A DNA stretch of 64,000 nt, taken from positions 124,374,001 to 124,438,000 of the forward strand of contig CM059431.1 in assembly GCA_030390025.1 (NCBI GenBank), read 5' to 3'. The DNA is from Squalus acanthias (lineage: Eukaryota). The position numbers were made by a program, and so were the translations under genes. Each line of letters starts with the position of its first letter. The stretch's first letter is position 1. This document shows positions 13,723-23,905 of this stretch, piece by piece. The notes under the pieces are model-generated. The model saw only the letters and a program-made list of their open reading frames with translations. It did not search any database and was not told the origin of the DNA.

Positions 13723-15376
13723 TGTAAGGGGTTTTGTCTCTGGGACTGGTGCGAGGTGAGGCTTTCGTTGCCTGTATTATTGTTTGCTCTGGTCTCCGGC
13801 CAGCCTTTGACAATAAGCACCTGTGAGTGGTTCGACCCACTCGCCCCTACAGTTCTGACACCTGGACTTAGATGCAAGGAGCAGTAATGCAGAGAAAAGA
13901 CTCACATAGACCTGGTTGAATATCACGAAACGAATGTCTTTATTGCATGGCGTCTAAAATCATGAAATACATATCGTAGGCACAGATCAAAGAGAGTATC
14001 AGTATACACACGTTCATAAAACTTGGTCTAGGGAAATGGAGAACACACGGCACATCGTAAAAAGGGGAACACATTATACCTTAACCTTATTAAAAACCAC
14101 CCTCCCTTAACAATACCTAAACTACGTCTGGATTTGTAGGATCGGGAAACATGCTCACCACTCGGTTTACTTCGGAAATTTTAAATGAGGCTCTCGGCTC
14201 GCTCCGCTGTGGCACCTGACTGTCACGTGGCTGTAAGTGTTTCTGCACCCCACTTGTTTATGCTCGCTGCTGCGAATGGGTCCACTTGGGGCGGCCCCCG
14301 GTAAAGTTTGTTGCGGGTGGCTCAGGCTACCTGCTCAAAGAGCCGGAGGGTAAGCCAGACTCCCTGATGTTATGAAGTGGTTCTTTGGACACAGACCGTC
14401 TTAGAATTCAAAGAAGAATCTTCCTGTATTACTTTCGGGCGCGGTCGGGGTTTACTGACCGCGGCGGCACGTGGAATTTCTTCTCGTCTTTCTTCTCGTC
14501 TTCTTCTTGATTACTCGGGCCTCCGGGTCCGGCCACCGTTTACTGACACTCGGGATGGTGCACCCCGGTACCTGCCCTGTCGAGGTGACTCGTTCCGATC
14601 GAGTTCCACCCAACACTTGCTCCGCTGAAGGAACCAGCGAGCGGGGAAGAGACCGCGAAGAGTCCGACGTCACGAGCAAAACCGTCAAGAGTCCAGAGCA
14701 GAGAATCAGGAGTCAGGCCAAGAGTCAAGAGAGCGATGGACATTTGTCCGGTGTAGTTATACTGTTTGTCGACCTTATCTCCTGCTCAAATCTAAACGGT
14801 TATTCTTTGTATAATTTTGGCGCCCAAGACTCCCAGCATGGGGCGATTATCTTCTTAACGGGTTTCAGTATCACCCGAAACTGGCCAACTATCCGTTAAT
14901 GTCTTTACCATTGTTGAACCAGCCAGGGCGGGTCTGAATCGTCTCCTCGACTGGTTTTGGGGCCCCCCCCCGAATACTGGTTTAATCACCCGTCAATGTC
15001 TCTCTCATTGTAGAGCCGGGGGGGGTATTTGTGTATTGATGTGTCTGGATGGGTTTTTGATAGCTTAGTTCAGCGATACTTATTGTGCGTGTAAAGCGAT
15101 TCCAGCACTTATCTCATTGCTTAGTTCAAAAATGCAAACGGGTTGCATCCTGTCTTTTCAATGTGTACCGAGTATGATCTCATATCGAATGTATATTCGA
15201 CGCCATCTTGTCTGCCCACTGTGTTTCTGGAAGCTTCTGCCACGATGCGCGGCAGCCATTTTACAGGCTTCTGTGTCCTTTATTATCAGGACAGCATTCC
15301 GTTTAATAAAAATGATCAATCGAATTATACTGTTTCTCTCGTCTTATTTGAATCGCGATAATTGCGAAACTCTACA
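13723..15376 (-). mobile_element. Solo LTR (1654 bp) of an LTR retroelement or endogenous retrovirus
   Basis: Begins TGTA and ends TACA. CCTT on both flanks (13719-13722, 15377-15380). Removing it restores the Harbinger left arm seen at about 2065 and 3580. Orientation inferred from AATAAA on the minus strand at about 13939-13944. Confidence 0.85.
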
Positions 15377-15829
15377 CCTTTTCAAAAGTTACCGCCCATT
15401 CCTGGGCTATAATGAATTTCTTCCCCTACAAATTTGAGTAATAACCCTAGTGGTATTGCCAGAAAATAATACTCTGATAGCTTTGGTTTCAAGTGCGTCC
15501 ACAAGTTGTGCTGCCTTCTACTCCACAGCGTCTCACAGCAACTTCTTGGAGGAGGGTTCCCAGCAGGTAAGTGCGCATTCAGGTTGGATGCTGGCGGCAT
15601 AATCCCTAGTTATGCCGCCGACCGCAAAATCCGGGCCGTTGAAAGGGGAATTGGGGTTGTGATCACTGTGACCACGGGCGGATGATTCCATCCTGGTTAT
15701 CCCAGCCAGAATGGGACTGTCTGAGTTGCTTCCTCCTCTTCTGCTTCTTCCTCTTCTGCTTCCTCCTATTCTGTGTCTTTCTCTCCTGCTTCCTCCTCTC
15801 CTGCATCTACCTCTTCCCTCTGCGAGCGG

Positions 15830-15968
15830 ATGCTCTAAATCTGAAATAAAAGCATAAAATGCTGGAAATACTCAGCAGCTCAGGCAGCATCTTGACCTGA
15901 GATGTGAACTCTGTTTCTCTCTCCACAGATGATGCCTGATCTGCTGAGTATTTCCAGCAGTTTCTGTC
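15830..15968. mobile_element. Fold-back remnant of a Penelope-like element terminus
   Basis: aaatgctggaaatactcagcag..ggcagcatc is followed by its reverse complement gatgatgcc..ctgctgagtatttccagca. Same sequence as the termini at 43073 and 46947. Confidence 0.75.
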
Positions 15969-16913
15969 TTCTCCGAGGCCTTCCTTTAGCATCCGAGGCC
16001 TTTCAAGCATCCAGCAGCGCTCCCTGTACTCCCTGCACACTTAAAAACTTTTAACATGTATTGCACCAAGCCCCTACTTCAATAAAATTTAAAAATCCAG
16101 TCCGAAAGCTTAAATGCAAACTCACCTGAAAGATGTGTATATCCCTTTAAGATGTGCTTGCAGCATCTCTGTCAGTCTGCTGAACGCTCGCTTTTCAGAG
16201 CGAGCTTAGAATCCAGCGCTGAACTCAGCGCTAAGGTCAAAGTTCGCAGAGCGTGACGTTAAGTCGGCGTTGCACGTCGATAGATGTTACTCTCTGCCCA
16301 TTTGCATCTCCAGGGCCAGCACTGCTATCGGCAACACTAAGGCCCTCACCAAAATGGTGGCTGCAGAGTCCCGCACCAGAGAAGGGCATTAGAGCGTCGG
16401 CCGCCATTTCTCGCAAACGGGTGGCATTAAGATACGGAATTTCTAGGCCAATGTTCCTGATTCAGCAGTAAATAGAAGCATGGGCTTGATATAGGGGACG
16501 AAGGGATAGGATAGTTCCTGAAAGGGCATGAAGCTAGTTGAGCTGAATGGCATTTTCTTATTCATACAGAAAGTAGGTCAAACTTTTAACCAAGCAAATC
16601 CAGTATGCAGCAGTTCCCAGCCATTACTACTCTTCCACGTCTCAAAGGTTTCAGATCAGCCTCCAGGACAGTTTGAATGATTGGCCCCTGAACAAATGAA
16701 TGGAGCATGTGGGTCTGTATTAATACACTGTCCTTTCACTTCTAGGAGTTTGGTTTGACTCTAACCCAAACTGATTGGATGATAGGACTCTTACAGCTAA
16801 CAGGCAAAACAGACTATTTGAAAAGTGATCTCATAGTTTAAATCTGTTTCTGCTGGACATGGCCCATAGCACTGGTGCTAACTGATGCTAAAAGATTAGC
16901 AGTGACGCTCACA

Positions 16914-17260
16914 GGGCTGGATTTTCATTGACCCGTGGAGGTGGGTTTGGAGGCGTGTGGGGGGTTAAAATTGTGAAAACTGCCAGGCGGGCACAAGCCC
17001 GCCTCCATCCCACCTCCACGCAATTTTCATTAAATCGTGTCTGCTGGTCCCGACTCCGTCCCGCCTCCAAGAGGCAGGATAGGCTGTTAAGCCCTTAACA
17101 AGCACTAAATTGCCTCTATAATGCCATTTTGAAAGGCCTTTGTGATTTTAAACCTTTTTCTACGTGAAACACGCCTGTTCTGAAACACAAATGTGAAACC
17201 TGGCGGGAGCACAAGTGGATAGCTGACTATCAGCTGCAGGTCCACTATTACAACGGAGAT

Positions 17261-17303
<43 letters not shown>

Positions 17304-17649
17304 GAGGAGGAGGAGGAGGAGGAGTAGACATATCTGGGAGTGGTGGTGGTGGTGCAAAAATATCTGGGAGCAGACTTAGGGCTGCTGCTGCTCATTTTGC
17401 ATCCAGGTCCTCTCACAGCAAAGGCCAGGTAGTCTTTGCAGACCTTTAATGCAGCAGCAATGATGACATCATCAGAGGCGACTTTCAGACTGAAAACACT
17501 AATTGGTTCATGGGTTCCCACATGCTGGAACTCAATTGCCCAATTTGTTGAAAATCGCATCAATCTCCCACATCCAATTGCAGTCGGGTGGATAAGACGA
17601 AAAGTGGATGACACGACCCCAGCCCCGCCCCAGCATCAAACTCCAGTCC
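16914..17649. mobile_element. Harbinger family B-derived MITE (736 bp)
   Basis: TIRs GGGCTGGATTTT and AAACTCCAGTCC. ACA on both flanks (16911-16913, 17650-17652). Left arm is homologous to 43291-43620. Confidence 0.85.
17262..17325. repeat. Compound microsatellite (TAG)n(GAG)n
   Basis: Read directly from the sequence. Confidence 0.95.
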
Positions 17650-17933
17650 ACAGAGTCCATAGTATGGTGGATGTAGGAAGTGGAAATGTCATACCAGTAC
17701 AGTGGAGATACTCTTCATTTGTAGCTGGAGCTGAGGCACATTGTTGGGGCAGAATGGTACAGCTTTATTCTGCATCTAACTGTGCTATATCGGACTTGGG
17801 CTTGCTAGATGCTGAGGCTGGGTGCCAGAAATGGAATCATGTTCCATTGTCGCATGCTGACAGCTCTTGCTCCAACTCACCCTAAAAGGCAAAAACAATC
17901 GAACAAAATCAAACTAAGGACGTAGAAAACAAT

Positions 17934-18674
17934 GACCCTGAAATTGAGGTCGGTGGCATAGCTAAGGAGTACGTCGCTGACCTCCAAACAAAATCTGCAC
18001 TTACCTGGTGCAAGGCCCCAAATGAAAACTTGCTTTGAAATGCTGCAGAGTAGTGGCCCACGGATCCCAGGGCACTCTGTTGTGCATAAGCGTACCTGGG
18101 ATCATGTGGGGCGGTGCTCCTTTCACTAGCCAATCAAGAAGTAGAAATCTCTGATGCCCGACATTAATCAAATTTTAAATTAAACGGTGTGAATATTTAT
18201 TTGACAAGTGCAGTACTTGTCTTTAAAAAGCACAGGGAATAATTTGGAGTAAGTACAGTTATTTAGTGGCAGACTCTTCAAGATTAAAAAAAAATTAAAA
18301 CATCTCATCCCTCAAACCGAGTCTTTACAGCTGCTTGGTAGGTTGATACACAATGCTTTTATGTGTTCATTTGTAATTGTATATACATTTTTCTCATCCC
18401 CCCTTCCCTTACGCTGTGCAAACAGGCTCCTGCGCCTGTTTGCACCAGCCATAACATTTTCCAGTGTAATTGCTGAGCAGTTGGTGGGCAATTAGCCCAA
18501 CTTCTCGCCAGCAATGAGGATTTGACAGATGCAGCAGATGATCTGTCTAGTCAGAACTTGACAGATCGTAAGTTCGGGATTTACTGCATCCGCAAGCGGA
18601 AATCCTGAACTTGCGGTCAATTTCAAAGGCAGTATGACAGCGTACGCTGTCCTACCGACCGCAAATTCTTCCTC
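17934..18674. mobile_element. Hairpin-rich Harbinger-type MITE (741 bp)
   Basis: TIRs GACCCTGAAATTGAGGTCGG and CCGACCGCAAATTCTTCCTC. Flanks AAT / AAC. Shares arms with 10103-10398 and an internal hairpin with 50487-50546. Confidence 0.7.
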
Positions 18675-20515
18675 AACATATATCTTGCTTGAGGCTTGTT
18701 AATTTTATACTTTTGACCGTTATTTATCAGTGTACGCTAAATAGCCTATTTATATTTATATTATCTATGCTTCGCTTCATTATAAAGATCTGGATCATTA
18801 TACGGGCTGTCACTGTAATTCATATAACCAGAGTAACTTGTCATATAAACAGAAAATCAAAATGACTTTCTTTCAACAAAATAAGATATAGAAATGCCAT
18901 CTCCCTTCATCATTCCTGTTGAGCAAGATATTTGTTGAAATTCTGGCCATTAACAGTAAAGGGTAGATTCTCTAAATCCTTGCCTGTTGCAAGGAACCTG
19001 CTCTTAGAAATTATGGACTGAGTACCTTTCCATGGCTGAAGACACAGAAAATCTTCTCTTGAGTTTTAACTTGGGACTTTCAAAATCACAGCCAACCCAA
19101 TCATGTTCTCATCTGACATTTATGTTCCGTTTTAATCAATTTTATTAGTTTAATTTGTTTTAAATAATTATGGTAATGAAGTCTTATATGATTGGCCCTG
19201 ATTGCTTGCACACTTCTCCAAGGGTAACGTGAGTGGTAGTAACCATACGATATATATCCCTACGTAATACAGCCTAACTAAATATGGTCAAAGAGAACCA
19301 ATGAAGAATGTAACCTCGTAATCCTGCATTGGCTCAGTTCCAAGATGGCAGACCTGGATGGTGAAAGGTAGTACTTCATTAATTGTGTAATGCGGTAGTT
19401 CCATATTTCCTTCACATCGAGAAAAATTGTGCCTCCTTTTAGGGCCTCCACCATAGACAATGCCCTAACTATGATGGTGGGTGGCGATCTGCTATCAGGC
19501 CTGCACCAATGGTTTTTTTTTCACAAAAAGTTTCTAAAAGATTTATAACTGTCATCTTGGTCTGTGGAAAAGTCGACACCTCTGTATAATACCTGCTCCA
19601 CTATAGACCTGAGCGGGAGTGGCAGCAGCGGGAGCGGCAGTATAAAGGGAGCACCGGAGAAGGCCCAGGACACAGAGCGGAACTGAGCGGGAGCGGCGGC
19701 ATAAAGGGAGCTGAGCGGAGATTTAAAAACTAAAAAAATAAGGAGCGACGTCACAGGACAGCAGGTAGGTGATTGGTTGGTGCGTATTACAGCTCTTTTG
19801 CTCTCCAGGTTAGGTAAGTGGATTAAATTCAGACTGGGAGAGTGTTAACTACTATAACTTCATTAAATGAATAACTAAACTAAATTAACTAATTAAAACT
19901 AAAAATTAAAACTAAAAATAATCATTTGAATAAAAACTGTAATTAGTTATATAAATCAAATAAGGTGATAGAGATGGCAGTGCAGGTGGTGTGTCGTAAC
20001 TGCAGCATGTGGGAGCTGGTGGAGACCAACGAGATCCTGAGGAACCACATCTGCGGTAAGTGCCTGCAGCTCGAGGACCTTCGGCTCAGAGTTGTTGAGC
20101 AGGAGTTCGAGCTGCAGATGTTGCGATGCATCAGGGAGGGGGAGAGTTACCTCGACACTTTGGGGGAAAATTCGTTATCGACCATTTTGGGGTGCTAACA
20201 TCGCCCTGGTGCAAACTTTAGCGCCCGGTGCTAATTAGCGCCGGCGACAGCGAAATTCAGTTTTAGCGCCCCTAGAGGGAAGTGGAGCACTAAATCAAGT
20301 GCTACACACGTCTCTTCGGGCGCTAACGTCGGGGAGCGAGGCACAGTAGCAGAGCGCTACTCAAGTTCCGGCGCTGTCAATTGCAAGTACTCAGACAGAC
20401 TGGCGCCTTCCAGTTCTTAAAGGGGAGGTTTAATTATGCTGCACAGCCTCACTCTGATCATTGCTGCTTGTGAACTGGGCCTGCAAGGAGCTGCAATTCA
20501 TCAACCAGAAATCTC

Positions 20516-22426
20516 ATGGCTGCTCAGAGGCCCAGGGAGAGAGCTCGCCGGTTCAGCGACCAGGCATTGGAGGCTCTGGTTGTGGCTGTGGAACATCAAC
20601 GGGCAGTGCTGTTCCCGGACTCTGGCAGGAGGCCATTGCCACAGGACTTCAGGAGGATGTGGAGGGAGGTCGCCCAGTACGTCTCGGCCAGAAGCCTGGT
20701 CCACAGGACTCCCACCCATTGCCGCAAGAAGTTCAACGACCTCACTCAGGGTGGTCAGGGTCAGTACATGCTTCGAAAACCTCGACATCCCACCATCTCA
20801 ACCTCACTCTGTGCACAGACGGTATAAACCGTCAAATCCCCAACACTCACCCACCAACTATGCCCATCTACTAAAATGCACATCCACATCTCACGCCTTA
20901 CATACATTAACAGCTATTCAACTATGGTAGGCACATATGCCAAACACATGGCTGCACACTTACTCATACGCTGTCCTTTTTCTTGCAGGCCAAGCTTGCT
21001 CAGAACAAGAGGGAGCAGCAACATACGGGAGGAGGTCAGGTGGAGCTGCACCCTCTTACACAGCTGGAGGAGCGAGTGTGCAGCATCATCGCGGTCCAGC
21101 TCATTGGCGCTGTGGTAGTCGGAGAGGTCGACCCCCTTGGGAACAACAACGGTATGTTCATCACCACACACTCTTCTCTCATACCACTTCCCCCTCACAA
21201 CACAAGCCCTTACCACTTTCCATCGAAGTATAATGTCTCCATTCCTTGCTCCCTTCCTGCCCCCCTCCCCTGATGTTAAACCCACTGTTGTGCCTTTATG
21301 CTTTCAGATAATCAGCCACCATCTGACCAGCCTGTTCCTCAGCCTCCCAGTGGCAGTGACGCGGGAGAGGAGGATGAACACCAAGCCAGAGCCTCACTGC
21401 CTGTGTCTCCCAAGGGTGAGACATCCGATAATGGGGCCATGCGGTCGCTGGAGGGGAGCAGAGGAAATGGCTCTGATGGGGGTGAAGCTCCGGGACCCAG
21501 CAGGCTGCAGCAATGCCATGGGGAAAGGGGAGCTCGGTGGCCATCTCCCCGGAGAGCAAGTGCACGCATGAGTTCTGCTGCACAGAACTCAGAAGAGGAC
21601 CCCGATGTCGAGGCGATGACCACACAGACGATGAGCATGCATACTGAGCTCATGGGTACAATGGTAAGGGTGCCCGAGAGAATGGATGCACTGGTTAGGA
21701 GCTTGGAGGATTCCACCTCCAGCATTGCACTCATCTCTGCAAAAACCTTTGAGCCCATCCTTGGCAGTTTGCAGACGATGGTTGACTCACAGAGAGACCG
21801 TGGGGACCCAGACCTCATGTCGCGTGTCATCGGTGAGGTGGCAGCAGCTATTGCAGCACAGGCCAAAACAACGCAACAGCATAGTGTTGTAATGGAGTCA
21901 GTGGTTGCTGCCATCCAATCTCAGGCTGCTCGCATGCAGTCTCAGATTGATGTCACGCAAGCACTGACTGCTGCCATCGTCGCTGGGTTGTCCACAGTCC
22001 ACCAGGGATCTCATGGTGCTGCAGCAGGCCAGCAATCTGTGGTCGAGCAGATTGCTCCGGATGCTAAGGTTCTGCCCCGGGGGATGGCAGTGTGTCGGTC
22101 GAGCAGGAAGGTGCTGCCCTCTCTCTCAGAATGACAGCATTTGTGCTCCCACCACTGCCACTCCACCATTGCACTTGCCACAGTCTGTAACCCAGCCATC
22201 GCAGACTGCTGCCACCCATGCTGAGTTGGTGCAGTCTGCAGCTGGGCCTTCCAGGCCCAGAGCTGGTCGAGGGCGTCCTTCAAGGCCATCTACAGTCTCT
22301 GGCTCCCAGACTCAGCAGCCTTCCACCAGCCTTGCTGCAGCCACTGGGGCCACATTACGGAGGAGCAGTAGGGTTGGGAGGGGGGAATTGCAAAGGGGAG
22401 GGAAATCATTGAGGAAGACCGATTAA
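20516..22426 (+). pseudogene. Harbinger Myb/SANT-like gene, 3 exons (20516-20759, 20989-21151, 21308-22426)
   Basis: RFSDQALEALV..MWREVA..HCRKKFNDL. Exon 2 is 163 nt, as in copy 1. One extra base at the end of exon 1 and frameshifts near 22085-22125. Confidence 0.88.
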
Positions 22427-22726
22427 ATAAAATGTTAATAGCAAATGGGGGGAGTGTGTGTACAACAGTTGATGGGTTTGTAAATATATTGTTCAGCTTG
22501 GTAAGAAATAGTTCCGTTTGCTAAGAACCAGTTGTGTTTGTTCATATATTGTGTGTTTGTTTATTATTGGTTGTGTTTGATAAAAGAGAGTTGTGCAGAA
22601 TAATAAATGTTTATTTTGACGTAGCAAATTTAGTGATGTTTCTCATTTGACCTTTGCCTGGTGATCGGGCTGTGAGCTGGCTGTAATGATGTGGTTGTTC
22701 TGTGCAAAGGCCATGTGCTATCTCAT

Positions 22727-23905
22727 TTATTGGAAGCGCTGTGTAATGAGGCGATCACGAACGGCCCTTGCAGACGCAACATTGAGTGGCTCCCTCCTCT
22801 GTTGCTGCTGCTCCTCCTCTTCTTCATCCTCCTCCTCTGCCTTCTCCTCCTCCTGTCACTCTTCCTCCTCCTGAGGTGGACCTGCAATCCCTGATGGCAA
22901 TGGCTGGGCCCTCAGAATGGCTAGGTTGTGCCGCATGCAGCACACAACAATGAAAAGGGAGACTCGATCAGGGGAGTACTGCAGGGCTTCTCCAGAGTGG
23001 TCAAGGCAGGGGAACCATTGCTTTAGCACACCGATAGTCTGTTCGATCAGGTTCCTGGTGGCGCTATGGCTCTTATTGTAAGCATGCTGAGCAGGAGTGT
23101 TGGGGTTGCGGTGGGGGGTCATCAGTCAGGTGGCAAGTGGTTAACCCTATCTCCGAGCGGCCAGCCACAAGCTTCATGTGATGGTTGGAATAGTGCTGGG
23201 ACACCAGTCTTTCGCAGGATGAATGCATCGTGGCTGCAGCCAGGATAGCGGGCATTGACGGTAAGGATGCGCTGTCTGTGGTCGCACACCAACTGATAGT
23301 TCAGAGAGTGGTAGTCTTTGCGGTGTGGAACACCTCTGCATTGTGATGAGGTGCCCGCAATGCCACGTGGGTGCAGTCAATGGCGCCCTGAACCATGGGG
23401 AAGCCCGCTATCCTTGCAAAACCACGTGAGCGTTCATCCTGTTTGTCTCTGGTCATGGGGAATGAGATGTACTCCCTTCTCCTTCTGTGCAGAGCGTCTG
23501 TTATCTCCCTGATGCAGCAATGGACGGCAAGCTGTGAAATGTTTGCAATATCCCCTGTTGAAGCTTGGAAGGAGCCAATGGCGTAGAAATTGAGAGGGAC
23601 TGTGACAGTTTCACTGCCACTGAGAGAGACGTCCTGGTCCTGAGCTGAGGCTGGAGGTCTGGCTGCAGGAGGTGGCAAAGCTCTGTGACCACCTCCTTGC
23701 TGAAGCGGAGTCTTCTAAGGCACTGCTCCTCTGAGAGATGAATGTCGGAAAACTGCTCCCGGAATACGCTGGGAGGGTAAGGTCTCCTGTTGAGAGCTCT
23801 GTTGGCCGTCCTCCCTCTGGCCATGTTTTCCAATCTTTCTCTCTGCCTCTGCTGCCTCCGACGGTGAAGCTGGGGGGCGAGGTCCCGTGCTAGTACAGAC
23901 CCCAT
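22727..23905 (-). pseudogene. HARBI1-like DDE transposase, full length, with a few frameshifts and one stop
   Basis: RLRFSKE, GSFQ, GFPMVQGAIDCTHV, YPGCSHDAFIL, LGD, IEQTIGVLK, CCMRHN and an acidic tail. No introns evident. Confidence 0.92.

Larger units (their letters stand above)
10399..15426 (-). mobile_element. Harbinger family A copy 2, internally deleted, carrying a nested CR1 and a solo LTR
   Basis: Arms are homologous to those of 3548-7409 in reverse. TAC on both flanks (10396-10398, 15427-15429). Transposase 5' part on + (about 10908-11190) is joined to Myb exons 1-2 on - (about 11200-11805). Confidence 0.85.
10103..15637. mobile_element. Hairpin-rich Harbinger-type MITE, split by a nested transposon
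   Basis: TIRs GGGACAGAATTTGCGGTCGG and CCGACCGCAAAATCCGGGCC. GTT on both flanks (10100-10102, 15638-15640). Left arm is homologous in reverse to 18420-18674. Confidence 0.8.
8790..16449 (+). mobile_element. Old decayed Harbinger element, outer host of the nested insertions (left boundary approximate)
   Basis: Myb-like relic MWEYITEAI..WLQCPKKLHDLRPVVK|gtcagt at 9187-9289. Acidic and C-terminal relics at 9650-9960. Acidic-tail-like tract at 15725-15805. Right TIR gaatttctaggcc ending at 16449. Confidence 0.55.

Noticed and set aside
14377..14899. ORFs inside the CpG-rich insert as a novel or viral gene
   Set aside because: No recognisable domain, non-ATG starts, and they lie inside a TG..CA element with a TSD that is better explained as a solo LTR. 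An accessory ORF cannot be fully excluded.
13723..15376. Assignment of the LTR to foamy viruses because of its length and 4-bp TSD
   Set aside because: Gypsy and other ERV classes share these traits, and no internal sequence is present to discriminate.
17105..17614. Poly-Ser/Tyr/Leu ORFs
   Set aside because: Translation of a microsatellite inside a MITE.
20516..23905. Domesticated host genes HARBI1, NAIF1 or MYPOP
   Set aside because: Multiple copies bounded by TIRs and TSDs, each with frameshifts; these are transposon pseudogenes.
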